From NCBI GenBank assembly GCA_025352125.1, contig JANXTZ010000041.1, forward strand, positions 7,756-71,755: DNA of 64,000 nucleotides, in the 5' to 3' direction. The position numbers and the translations under genes are program-made. This DNA is from Deinococcales bacterium (GTDB lineage: Bacteria > Deinococcota > Deinococci > Deinococcales > JAAFIG01). Below the pieces are notes generated by a model, which ran no database searches, had not been told where the DNA came from, and was given only the letters and a program-made list of their open reading frames with translations. Every line of letters begins with the position of its first letter. The stretch's first letter is position 1. Positions 35,396-44,179 of the stretch are shown piece by piece.

Positions 35396-36745
35396 TTACG
35401 CGCCTGTCAATTTGCGAATCTCTTCATCCGATGGCAAGCCACCGCTCGGTGCGCCACCATCGTTTGGACCGCCAACCTTGATGGTCTGGGTTTTCGCACC
35501 CATCTTGATGGTTTTCGCCGTGCCACTCGAGATGCCCTTGGTTTGCTCGAGTTCGGCTTTGGCTTGATCGAGGGCTACCGTCATGGCGGAGTTGCCCAAG
35601 CGCACCGTCATTTGACGGGCAATCTCGATGGTTTTGGCAGCCTGTCCAGGGTTGGACTGTGCCTCTTGCGCCGCCTGCTTGACCAGACCCTCGAGGTTAC
35701 GTTGCTGGACGTAACCCATGACTTCTGGGTTGACGGCAGCCGTTTGGTTTTCGTCGAAGGTAAACTCGACGACCACATCGGTTGGTGGGATTTCACCGCG
35801 AACACCCTCGCCCGGCACGTCAAAGGTCAAACCAATTTGGGCAATGCGCACCTTGGCTGGCGGGCGCGGCGGCAGGGTCAACTCGAGCAGGAACGCGGTT
35901 TGGGTGCTGGCTTCCAGGTTGCCCGCTTTGGCTTTCGCACCGCCCTCGAAGCGTGCCAGGTCAATTTCGGCAAGAAACGGGTAGACCCGCGTCACACGGT
36001 CCAAAGTCACGCCCTTCACACCGCGAAGCGTGAACTCGAGGTTGGTGATGACCTCGGAGGCGGCACGGCGAAATTCGTCGCCCAACACCGTGGGCAAATC
36101 GGACGCCAGAACGCTGGCTGGTGGGCTGGCGTTTTTTGCCACCACGTGAATCACGCGACCGCCCGTGCGATCCGAGATTTCGCCCATCAGGTCCTCGTTG
36201 AATTCGTCGCCCACGCCCAGAGACGTGATCGTGATGCCCTGCGCGACATAGGTTCCGGTCACGGCGCGGCAGGCGTCCTCGTCAAAGGTTGCGCCGTCGG
36301 TCAGGAGCATCATGCGTTTGTTCTTCGAGCCGCTGGCGACATTGGTCAGCGCCTCGAGCATCCCAAGACCCATCATCGTGCCGCCCGAGTGCTTGCGCAG
36401 CGCGTCAACCGCCTGCGCCAGACGACCACGGTCCGAGGTCAGGTTGGTCAGGGTGCTGGCGTCATCGTCAAATTGCACGATTGCGATTTGATCGCTCGAG
36501 GTCAGGTCAGAGCTTTGCACCAAACTGGTCAGCGCCTGCGTCACAAGCTCGAGTTTGTTTTTTCCACCCTCCACTTTTTCACGCATCGACCCAGAAGTGT
36601 CCACCACGAAGGTTAACGCCAGTGGCGCTCGGGTGGTGATTTGCGGCGTGAGTTGCGCCAACAAAAAGAGTTTTTGCGTTTCCGTGCTGCCCTCGGGCGA
36701 GGCACGCAAAAACCCGCGATGCGGGGTGAGATTGACTTGAATCAT
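35396..36745 (-). CDS. von Willebrand factor type A (vWA) domain protein
   Basis: 449 aa with MIDAS motif LTFVVDTSGSM, then ...MMLLTDGATFD. The C-terminal half is beta-rich with a Gly/Pro tail. Confidence 0.85.
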   Translation of the reverse strand: MIQVNLTPHRGFLRASPEGSTETQKLFLLAQLTPQITTRAPLALTFVVDTSGSMREKVEGGKNKLELVTQALTSLVQSSDLTSSDQIAIVQFDDDASTLTNLTSDRGRLAQAVDALRKHSGGTMMGLGMLEALTNVASGSKNKRMMLLTDGATFDEDACRAVTGTYVAQGITITSLGVGDEFNEDLMGEISDRTGGRVIHVVAKNASPPASVLASDLPTVLGDEFRRAASEVITNLEFTLRGVKGVTLDRVTRVYPFLAEIDLARFEGGAKAKAGNLEASTQTAFLLELTLPPRPPAKVRIAQIGLTFDVPGEGVRGEIPPTDVVVEFTFDENQTAAVNPEVMGYVQQRNLEGLVKQAAQEAQSNPGQAAKTIEIARQMTVRLGNSAMTVALDQAKAELEQTKGISSGTAKTIKMGAKTQTIKVGGPNDGGAPSGGLPSDEEIRKLTGA

Positions 36746-37008
36746 GAAGCCTCCTTGAATCTAGGAACAGTCTACCAATCTTGGCACTGGAATGCTCGAG
36801 AATGCCTGCTCGAGACCTCCTGGTGATACGACTTCAACAGTCTACAAGTTCCCAAGGAATTTGTAAGATTCTGCGAACGTCTCGGGTATTTCTCGAGAAG
36901 CTGCAATCACAGCCCGAACTTGCCAAGACCAAAGATTTTGACTGGTATCAGGCATACATTGGCGGCTGGTGAATTCATATTTTGACGGCTTAAACGTTTT
37001 CAGGAGTC

Positions 37009-38337
37009 TCAATTTCCAGTGACTTCAAACCCAGCAGATGCCCGAGGCAAGCGAACGATCACGCACGAACCCTTGCCAATTTCGCTCTCGATCCAGATGC
37101 GTCCACCGTGCGCCGTGGCGATGGCGCGGGCAATCGGCAGACCGAGTCCTGTACCGTTCGTGTCGTTGCCCCTCGCCGATTTGGCACGGTAGAAACGCTC
37201 GAACACCCGCTCGAGTTCTGAATCCGCAATACCAACCCCAGAATCCCGAACCCGCAACTCGAGTTGATCGCCAACGTTGCTGGCGCTGACCTCGACACGA
37301 CCTGGCGCGGGTGTGTACTTGCAGGCGTTGTCAATCAAAAGCACCACCAGTTGCTTGAGCCGGTCCGCATGTCCCAAAACCCGACCTGAGGCTGTGATGT
37401 TCAAGGTCAGGCTGTGATCGTGTGCCAGTGAACGCGATTCTTCAATGCTCGAGCGGACCACCTGCGCGAAATCGAGAGAGGTGTAGGTATCGATTTGAAA
37501 TGAACCGTTGCGGGCAAGGTGCAACAGGTCAGACACCAATCTGGACAGGCGTTCGGTTTCCGCTTTGGCTTCGACCAACGCGGTTTCGCGTTCAGGCAAA
37601 TCCAGGTCAGGATATTTCAGGATCAGGTCAATGTTGCCTTGAATCAACATCAGTGGTGTTCGCAATTCGTGCGAGGCATCTGCCACAAAACGTTTTTGCG
37701 CGTCGTTCAAGGTACGCAGTTCCTCGAGACGCGCCGCAAGCTCGAGATTGACCTCAGCCAGTGACCGCTCGGCTTGAATGGCACGTGCAGCCGTAAGACG
37801 TGCCTCGAGATCATCCATCACCATAGCGGCAAGATCATTGATGGTTTCACGCTGTGATTTGGTCAAATCTGGACGGGGCTTAAAGTCGTACATGCACAAG
37901 GTTCCAATGTTGTGACCCTCGGAGGTTCGCAAAGAAGCGCCCGCATAGAAACGCACGCCAAGTTGGAGCACCACAGGGTTGTCTTTAAAACGTTGATCTT
38001 TGAGCGCGTCTGGCACAACCATGACGTCATTGGTCAGAATCGTGTGACCACAAAAAGACAGGGCACGGGTGTTTTCGCGCAAGTCTATTCCAATGCAGGC
38101 TTTGAACCATTGGCGGTCACGGTCAACAAAGCTCACCATGGCAATCGGGACTTCAAAAAGCCGCGCCACCAGATTGACCACACGTTCAAACGCCACCTCG
38201 CTTGGCGTGTCGAGGACGCTATAGCGCTCGAGATTCGCCAATCTTTGAACTTCAAACTCGGGGATGGAAGGTGCGATCATTTGAATTGAATAATACGCCC
38301 AGTTTTGGGATAGAGCAATCAATAGGGTCACTTTCAC
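37009..38337 (-). CDS. GAF-domain sensor histidine kinase
   Basis: GAF (LERYSVLDTPSEVAFERVVNLVARLFEVPIAMVSFVDRDRQWFK), HisKA H-box FVADASHELRTPL and HATPase_c (DSGVGI, GTGLGLPIA). Start is uncertain (GTG 38337 or ATG 38280). Confidence 0.85.
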   Translation of the reverse strand: MKVTLLIALSQNWAYYSIQMIAPSIPEFEVQRLANLERYSVLDTPSEVAFERVVNLVARLFEVPIAMVSFVDRDRQWFKACIGIDLRENTRALSFCGHTILTNDVMVVPDALKDQRFKDNPVVLQLGVRFYAGASLRTSEGHNIGTLCMYDFKPRPDLTKSQRETINDLAAMVMDDLEARLTAARAIQAERSLAEVNLELAARLEELRTLNDAQKRFVADASHELRTPLMLIQGNIDLILKYPDLDLPERETALVEAKAETERLSRLVSDLLHLARNGSFQIDTYTSLDFAQVVRSSIEESRSLAHDHSLTLNITASGRVLGHADRLKQLVVLLIDNACKYTPAPGRVEVSASNVGDQLELRVRDSGVGIADSELERVFERFYRAKSARGNDTNGTGLGLPIARAIATAHGGRIWIESEIGKGSCVIVRLPRASAGFEVTGN

Positions 38338-38376
38338 GAAAATTGGAAACGACGAATTTTAAAGTTTTTTCGATGG

Positions 38377-39399
38377 TCAGTAGATCAGCATCGCATCGCC
38401 CAAGCTGTAAAAACGGTAATCGTGCTCGAGCGCCACTTTGTAGGCTTGGGTCATGGTTTCAAAGCCTGCAAATGCCGCCACCAGCATTAACAGCGTGCTT
38501 TTGGGCAGGTGAAAATTGGTGATCAGCGCGTCAACGACTTTAAATTGGTACGGCGGACGAATGAAAATGCTTGTCTCCCCAGTCCCAGGCTCGAGCATTC
38601 CACCATTGACGCCTTGAACCCAGGCACTCTCGAGGGTGCGCACCGAAGTCGTTCCCACCGCAACCACGCGCCGACGCTCGAGTTTGGCGCGGTTGACCGC
38701 CAGGGCGGTTTCACTGGGAATTTCAAAAACCTCGGCGTGCATGACGTGATCTTCAATGCTCGAGTTGACGGGTTTGAAGGTTCCAGCGCCGACGTGAAGC
38801 GTGACAGGCATGATTTCCACGCCCATGCTGTTGAGTTCCTCGAGCAGGTTTTGGGTGAAATGCAAGCCTGCCGTTGGCGCGGCAACGCTGCCAGGTTCGC
38901 TGCCGTAGACGGTCTGATAACGCTCGCCGATGTTCGGGTTTTGAATGTAGGGCGGTATTGGCAGTGCACCCAAGGTCGCCAGATGCACACGAATGTCGGC
39001 ATTGAATTTTAGCACCCGAGCGCCGTCGTCAAGTACCTCGAGCACGGTAGCCTGAACTGGTCCAAAGTCAACCATCCCGCCGATCTGGACGCGCTTGGCA
39101 GGTTTCAAGTAGGCACTCCAAACGCAGTACTCGAGTTCGCGCAGCAACAAAACCTCGAGCTTGCCGCCAGAAGATTTTTTTGCCTCAAGCCTTGCCGGTA
39201 TCACTCGGGTTCGGTTCAAGATCAGCACATCGCCAGACCTAAAATAATCGGCAATGTCCCTGAAGATCTTGTGCTCGAACTCGAGATTGTGTTTTCGCCC
39301 AACCAGCAATTTGCTGGTATCTCGAGGCTCCAGTCCAAACTGCGCAATGCGCGATTCGGGCAAGAAAAAATCGTAATCCAAAAGCTCAAAACCGTTCAT
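38377..39399 (-). CDS. queA: S-adenosylmethionine:tRNA ribosyltransferase-isomerase
   Basis: 340 aa: LDYDFFLPESRIAQFGLEPRDTSKLLV...PIPPYI...YQTVYGSEPGSVAAPTAGLHFT...LHVGAGTFKPV. Confidence 0.92.
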   Translation of the reverse strand: MNGFELLDYDFFLPESRIAQFGLEPRDTSKLLVGRKHNLEFEHKIFRDIADYFRSGDVLILNRTRVIPARLEAKKSSGGKLEVLLLRELEYCVWSAYLKPAKRVQIGGMVDFGPVQATVLEVLDDGARVLKFNADIRVHLATLGALPIPPYIQNPNIGERYQTVYGSEPGSVAAPTAGLHFTQNLLEELNSMGVEIMPVTLHVGAGTFKPVNSSIEDHVMHAEVFEIPSETALAVNRAKLERRRVVAVGTTSVRTLESAWVQGVNGGMLEPGTGETSIFIRPPYQFKVVDALITNFHLPKSTLLMLVAAFAGFETMTQAYKVALEHDYRFYSLGDAMLIY

Positions 39400-39411
39400 T
39401 GCCGCCAGACT

Positions 39412-40005
39412 TTAACTGATCAAAGACTCGAGCGGCGTGCCCTCCGCCACCGTCTCGAGCGACTCGCCGTTGTTGCGTTCCCGAAGCGGCATGAACGCGC
39501 CCTCAATGTCGGGTAGGTGCGTGAACTTGTCCACGCCGTCGATCAATTTCTGGGCGGTGGTTTCTTTGAAACCAATCACCTCGACGCGTTTGCCGCGTTC
39601 CATCATGACCTCGAGAATGTCCAGAAAGTCACCGTCGCCACTGCCGAGCACGATCACGTCCAGGTGATCGACCAGACGCACGATGTCGGCGCACATGCCC
39701 ATGTCCCAATTGCCCTCCCAGATCGTTTTGCCGCTTTCGGTGGTGTGGTGCACGTGAAGCGTCATGCGTTTGACCTTGTAACCCAGCGTTGAAAGCTTGT
39801 AAATGAATGGCCAGGCGCTGGTGTCGCCCTCACGTTCGACGACGTAGGAGATGGCACGGAGCAACTCACGGTTTTCACCCACACCGTAACGCAGCAAACT
39901 CTCGAAATTGACGGTTCGCTGATAGTAATCTCGAGCCGAGTGGTACAAATTTTGCGTGTCAATAAACACGCCCACGTTTGGGCGAATACGCATGAGTTGT
40001 GACAT
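39412..40005 (-). CDS. NYN-domain (LabA/DUF88-like) protein
   Basis: 197 aa: VGVFIDTQNLYHSARD...VIVLGSGDGDFLDILEVMMERGKRVEVIGF. Confidence 0.8.
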   Translation of the reverse strand: MSQLMRIRPNVGVFIDTQNLYHSARDYYQRTVNFESLLRYGVGENRELLRAISYVVEREGDTSAWPFIYKLSTLGYKVKRMTLHVHHTTESGKTIWEGNWDMGMCADIVRLVDHLDVIVLGSGDGDFLDILEVMMERGKRVEVIGFKETTAQKLIDGVDKFTHLPDIEGAFMPLRERNNGESLETVAEGTPLESLIS

Positions 40006-40085
40006 TGTTCCTCCAAATTTGTAAATCTAAAAACCAGAATGCGAAAATTGATGCCAGAAAACGATTTGCGAAAAACCCCCGAGAC

Positions 40086-40116
40086 AAAAAGAATCAGACT
40101 CGAGTTAACCCGAGTC
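40086..40116 (-). terminator. Candidate rho-independent terminator
   Basis: On the minus strand: AGACTCGGG-ttaa-CTCGAGTCT (one G-U pair) followed by GATTCTTTTT. Confidence 0.5.
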
Positions 40117-40139
40117 TATCAGGTTTTGCAGCCCAATGA

Positions 40140-40613
40140 CTAAAACGCGCTTTTGACGTGGCGCAAGGCATACGCCCCGAGTGCGGCAAACACCAGCAAC
40201 CAAATGCTGTACTGAATGATTGGCGTGCTGGCTCGAGAGGCTTCCTGGTCGAAGCGAAACTCGTAGGTGTTGGTTTGCAAGTCTTGGATATTGGCAACGT
40301 TGGCGTAATTTTTGCCGTTTTTCGAGTAGCGCACAGTCACGTGAACCACGTCGCTGAGCGGTTTGATGGTCGCCTGAAGTTTGGGATCACCAATTTTGCC
40401 CAACTCCAACTGTTGCGCCTCAGCGTCTTGCGCTCCATCAATAATCACACTCAACACTGCACCTTCAAGCCCTTGGGCTTCGGTCACGTTGGCGGTGATG
40501 GTCGTCTCCTGCCCAGCTTTGAGCGGACCCGACGTGGTCAAGGTGACTTTGGCAGCCAAAGCTGGAATCAGGTTCAGTGCCAGAATGGTTAAAAGAGTGT
40601 AAAAAGCCTTCAT
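40140..40613 (-). CDS. Hypothetical exported protein with a C-terminal membrane anchor
   Basis: 157 aa with a signal peptide (MKAFYTLLTILALNLIPALAA) and a C-terminal TM (IIQYSIWLLVFAALGAYAL). Confidence 0.55.
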   Translation of the reverse strand: MKAFYTLLTILALNLIPALAAKVTLTTSGPLKAGQETTITANVTEAQGLEGAVLSVIIDGAQDAEAQQLELGKIGDPKLQATIKPLSDVVHVTVRYSKNGKNYANVANIQDLQTNTYEFRFDQEASRASTPIIQYSIWLLVFAALGAYALRHVKSAF

Positions 40614-40699
40614 GCCGTCATTCTAACCCTCAAACGCGCCAAAACTCGAGGGATGAAACCAACACTCGAGAAAAATCATAAAAACGCTTATTCTGGATC

Positions 40700-41197
40700 A
40701 TGCTCTGTTCGTTTCAGGAAGCCATTCAAATGCCCGTTCAATTGGTCGGTGCAGAAATCAAAAAACTTGCGGCTGCCAACACGGTTGGTTTTGTGTTTAC
40801 GGCTCGAGCCGAGGAACAGTTTTACTTGACCAACAACTTGCCTGAACAACTCGGTAGCCTGTTTGCGGGCATCAACCCGCGCAGGTTGGACGAGGATGTG
40901 CTCGAGTTGCAAGCCAGGAAAGCGGTCAGGCTGATGCTCGATTCGTACATGCTCGAAGATTTTATTGCGCAGTCTTACCTTGCCATGAAAAATTCAAAAC
41001 TCGAGGGCGGGCAGATGATCTTGCGCCGCCCAGATTCCAAAATGTTCGAGGCAGCCAATGACAAACGCGGCGCGTTGATCGCCTTGAAACGCGTTTGGTC
41101 GAACGATTGGGCGTTTGACGCCGTGATCAAACGCCTGGATGCCAAGGGCAAGGTCGGGATTGATGCCAGGGCGACTTATATTCTTGCCAAAATTTGA
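40700..41197 (+). CDS. Hypothetical protein
   Basis: 165-aa ORF. The segment ALIALKRVWSNDWAFDAVIKRL faintly resembles the PEP-utilising-enzyme PPDK_N region. This is unverified. Confidence 0.45.
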   Translation: MLCSFQEAIQMPVQLVGAEIKKLAAANTVGFVFTARAEEQFYLTNNLPEQLGSLFAGINPRRLDEDVLELQARKAVRLMLDSYMLEDFIAQSYLAMKNSKLEGGQMILRRPDSKMFEAANDKRGALIALKRVWSNDWAFDAVIKRLDAKGKVGIDARATYILAKI

Positions 41198-41241
41198 CAT
41201 CGGGTTGACCCGACGTTGCAAGCTGATTCCAGGAGGAAGAC

Positions 41242-41424
41242 ATGAGATCAGAATCCAACCACAAGCTCGAGCAATTGCATTTTGAGGCTAAGATCGAGCG
41301 TTTGTTGCGAGAGAAAGATCAAGATTATCAAAGCTGGACTGAACTCGAGCGGCTGACCGAACGAATTTTGAAACTTCGATTTTGGGGCGTGCAACTCGAG
41401 GTCAGGCGTTGGGTGGCGCAATGA
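41242..41424 (+). CDS. Small (60 aa) helical protein translationally coupled to the MerR-like gene
   Basis: Strong AGGAGG 6 nt before the ATG. Its stop overlaps the next ATG (ATGA at 41421-41424). Confidence 0.5.
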   Translation: MRSESNHKLEQLHFEAKIERLLREKDQDYQSWTELERLTERILKLRFWGVQLEVRRWVAQ

Positions 41425-42134
41425 ACACCACAATTCAAATGGTCAGCAAAGCCGAATTCGATCAATTGCAACAAGAATACTCGGCAGCGCTCGAGAATCC
41501 AGAAACGTGCGAGATTTTCGTGGCAATGTGTGGCTCGAGCGAAATTGCCCAAGCTTTTGCCAACCCAAAAGGCGTTGGCATGGCTACCTTTGCCAAACTG
41601 GTGAAATTGCCCGTGACCACCGTGCGACACTGGATCGAAATGGGTTTGGTCAGCCCAATGCAATTGTTTGGCAAATTCAAATTCATGGCGTTTAACGTGC
41701 CCCAAATTGAAAGCGTTCGGCAGTGGCGCGATCTTGGCTTGTCGCTCGAGGAAATCGTGATTCGTCGGCAGAATTTGGGCGAGGGCGTGCTCTTAAAAGA
41801 TGTCATGGTGAATCCAATCGAATCGCTGGGTGAATCGTCTGAGCAACCGGTCATTCAGGTGATGCACGCCCAAAATCCAGAACAACGCGCCAAATCCAGG
41901 CAAGAATTTGAAGAACGCCGCCAGCGCGGCAAACATGGCATTGTGATCGAAAGCTTCGATCACGGCGCACAAATCCCAGGCATTCAAACCGATTACAAAA
42001 TACTTCAGATCGAGCTTCAACTCGAGTACGGCAGTGCGATTCAAAAACTCGAGGCGAAGAAACTCGAGCTTGAAAAACGGATCACTCGAGCCAAGCGCAT
42101 TGAAGAAAAACTGAAACATAAACCCAAGTCCTGA
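41421..42134 (+). CDS. MerR-family HTH protein with a long charged C-terminal coiled coil
   Basis: GMATFAKLVKLPVTTVRHWIEMGLVSP...QWRDLGLSLEEIV is MerR-type. I place the start at the ATG that overlaps the upstream stop. Confidence 0.7.
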   Translation: MNTTIQMVSKAEFDQLQQEYSAALENPETCEIFVAMCGSSEIAQAFANPKGVGMATFAKLVKLPVTTVRHWIEMGLVSPMQLFGKFKFMAFNVPQIESVRQWRDLGLSLEEIVIRRQNLGEGVLLKDVMVNPIESLGESSEQPVIQVMHAQNPEQRAKSRQEFEERRQRGKHGIVIESFDHGAQIPGIQTDYKILQIELQLEYGSAIQKLEAKKLELEKRITRAKRIEEKLKHKPKS

Positions 42135-42156
42135 CACGAAGCGGTTAAACTGAACC

Positions 42157-42960
42157 GTGATTCGACTGATCTTGATTGACATTGACGGGACGCTAATCGG
42201 CGAGGACGCCACCATTCACCCGAGCACCTATCCAGCCTTGGAGCGTGCCAGAAAGGCTGGAATCCATTTGGGCATCGCCACTGGTCGCCCTGGTTTTGGC
42301 GTGGCGCTCGAGTTTGCGCGGGTGGTGTCCGAGTTTGATTTGCACATTTTTAATTCTGGCGCGACCATTTCCAAGCCTGGACAGAAAGCCGTTTTTACTG
42401 CCGATTTACCTCGCAGCGCTTACCTAGAATTGGTTGCCATTTCGCGCCGCGAAGCCGTGCCGCTCGAGGTATACACCGAAGACGAGTTTTACCTCGAGCG
42501 CGAAGATGCGCTGGTCAAACATCACAGTAAACATTTGCACTGGACGCCCAAACACACCGACTTGCTGGCGCTCGAGGGGCATATCGTGCGGGTTCAGTGG
42601 GTGGTGCACGAGAGCGTCTGGGAGAAATTTCATGCGCTGACCAAAGTCCTGCCCAACCTCGAGATCAGTCCCGCGACCGCGCCGTGGTCGCCTGGGACAG
42701 TCTTTGCCAGCATTACCAAAGCTGGCTCGAGCAAGCTGGGTGCGGCGAAATGGTTGGCAAAGCATTACGGTTGCAATTTAGAGAATGTGATGATGGTTGG
42801 CGACGCGGACAACGATGTCGAATTGATTGCGGGCGCGGGTTTTGGCGTGGCGATGGGCAATGGGTCGGTGAATGCCAAAGCGGTGGCGAAAAAAATCGTG
42901 GCGAACGTCGATGACGGCGGTCTGGCACAGGCAATTGATCTGGCATTGCAAACCCTGTAA
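42157..42960 (+). CDS. HAD-superfamily hydrolase, Cof-type (subfamily IIB)
   Basis: LILIDIDGTLIG (DxDGT) ... MMVGDADNDVELIAGAGFGVAMGNG. Confidence 0.85.
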   Translation: MIRLILIDIDGTLIGEDATIHPSTYPALERARKAGIHLGIATGRPGFGVALEFARVVSEFDLHIFNSGATISKPGQKAVFTADLPRSAYLELVAISRREAVPLEVYTEDEFYLEREDALVKHHSKHLHWTPKHTDLLALEGHIVRVQWVVHESVWEKFHALTKVLPNLEISPATAPWSPGTVFASITKAGSSKLGAAKWLAKHYGCNLENVMMVGDADNDVELIAGAGFGVAMGNGSVNAKAVAKKIVANVDDGGLAQAIDLALQTL

Positions 42961-42989
42961 TTCGAGCATCAGTGCGAGACACTCCAAAA

Positions 42990-44042
42990 TCACTTGAGAA
43001 GTTTTGGGACTTCTTTGATCCAGCGTTTGAGTCCGTCACCGACAGCCCACTGCGCCATGATGACAGCCTCATTTGGTTTCAAGACGAAACTCGAGATTTT
43101 ACCGACGCTGGGTTTGCCGCCCCAGACTTTGTAAAGCTCGAGCGTTCCAGGTTTCAAAATCGCCATCAGGTCTTTGTTTGGTGAAAACAACCAATCTTTG
43201 GCAGTCACTTGGTACGGAATTTCGGGATCAAATGCACCAACCACGGCTTGTAACGTTTCTGGAAGAACGTCCACGGTGACGTACTGCTCGAGTGACGAAT
43301 TTAATCCTGCCCGAATCATCCAACCGCCGGTGCGACGAACCACACCCCAATTGTCATCTTCAGGTTTTTTCTGGTCGGCGATTTTGGCGCTGTCTGCTTC
43401 AGAAAGTGCGTTGATGCCGTCAAGCCAGGCACTGTTGTGAGCGTCGCTGGCTTCTTGCCCAAAACTCGAGAGTTTGATGTTTTCGGGTGTGAACGTGACC
43501 GTGAACGGTTTTTGATCGCCTGGGTTAAATTGCAATTGCGAGAATTCGTTGACCTCGAGCGCGTTGTAAGCGCCGTAATGGCTGCATGGTTTTAAAGCTC
43601 GAGCACGTTTTTCGTGCGAGACATACTTCGCGCCGACGTACAAAATGGTCTCTGCATACTTAAAGTTTCCGTCGTATTCTGCTTCGGAGCAGTTCACCTC
43701 GGGCGCGTGAGTCAAGTCTTTCAAGCCTGGTTTTGAAACTGGGTGCGCGAAAATCACGTCGATACCACCCGCGCCGATGGTTTCTCGAGCCACGCCAACA
43801 CGCCACCAGCCGTCGTCCCGAGCCACCAGAATGCCTGGGGCTTGGGCTTGAAGTTTTGCGCCAACGTCGTTGGCGTTGCTGGGTGCAATCCAGAGCGTGC
43901 GGTAACCCGAGCGTCCTGTTTTTGGGTTGTCTTGGCGCAAACCGAGCAGCAAGCCAGACATGGTGGGTTGGGTGTTCTGAGCGATGGCGGCAAGGAGTGC
44001 GCTCGAAATAAAGAGGACTGCCACGAGGTCGCGTTTTTTCAT
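42990..44042 (-). CDS. Secreted hypothetical protein
   Basis: The internal Met at 44042 gives a signal peptide, MKKRDLVAVLFISSALLAAIAQN. The upstream part of the track ORF overlaps the pepF promoter region. Confidence 0.6.
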   Translation of the reverse strand: MKKRDLVAVLFISSALLAAIAQNTQPTMSGLLLGLRQDNPKTGRSGYRTLWIAPSNANDVGAKLQAQAPGILVARDDGWWRVGVARETIGAGGIDVIFAHPVSKPGLKDLTHAPEVNCSEAEYDGNFKYAETILYVGAKYVSHEKRARALKPCSHYGAYNALEVNEFSQLQFNPGDQKPFTVTFTPENIKLSSFGQEASDAHNSAWLDGINALSEADSAKIADQKKPEDDNWGVVRRTGGWMIRAGLNSSLEQYVTVDVLPETLQAVVGAFDPEIPYQVTAKDWLFSPNKDLMAILKPGTLELYKVWGGKPSVGKISSFVLKPNEAVIMAQWAVGDGLKRWIKEVPKLLK

Positions 44043-44179
44043 GGGTTTTAGTTTAAAGCCCAAACTTGATTTTGAACTTAGGCACTGATTTTGTTCGTTC
44101 AAAATAAAAAATTGAAAGCTCGAGCCAAAGTTGCAATTTTGCGACAACTTGGAAACCGTATTTTTCGTAAACTGAATGT

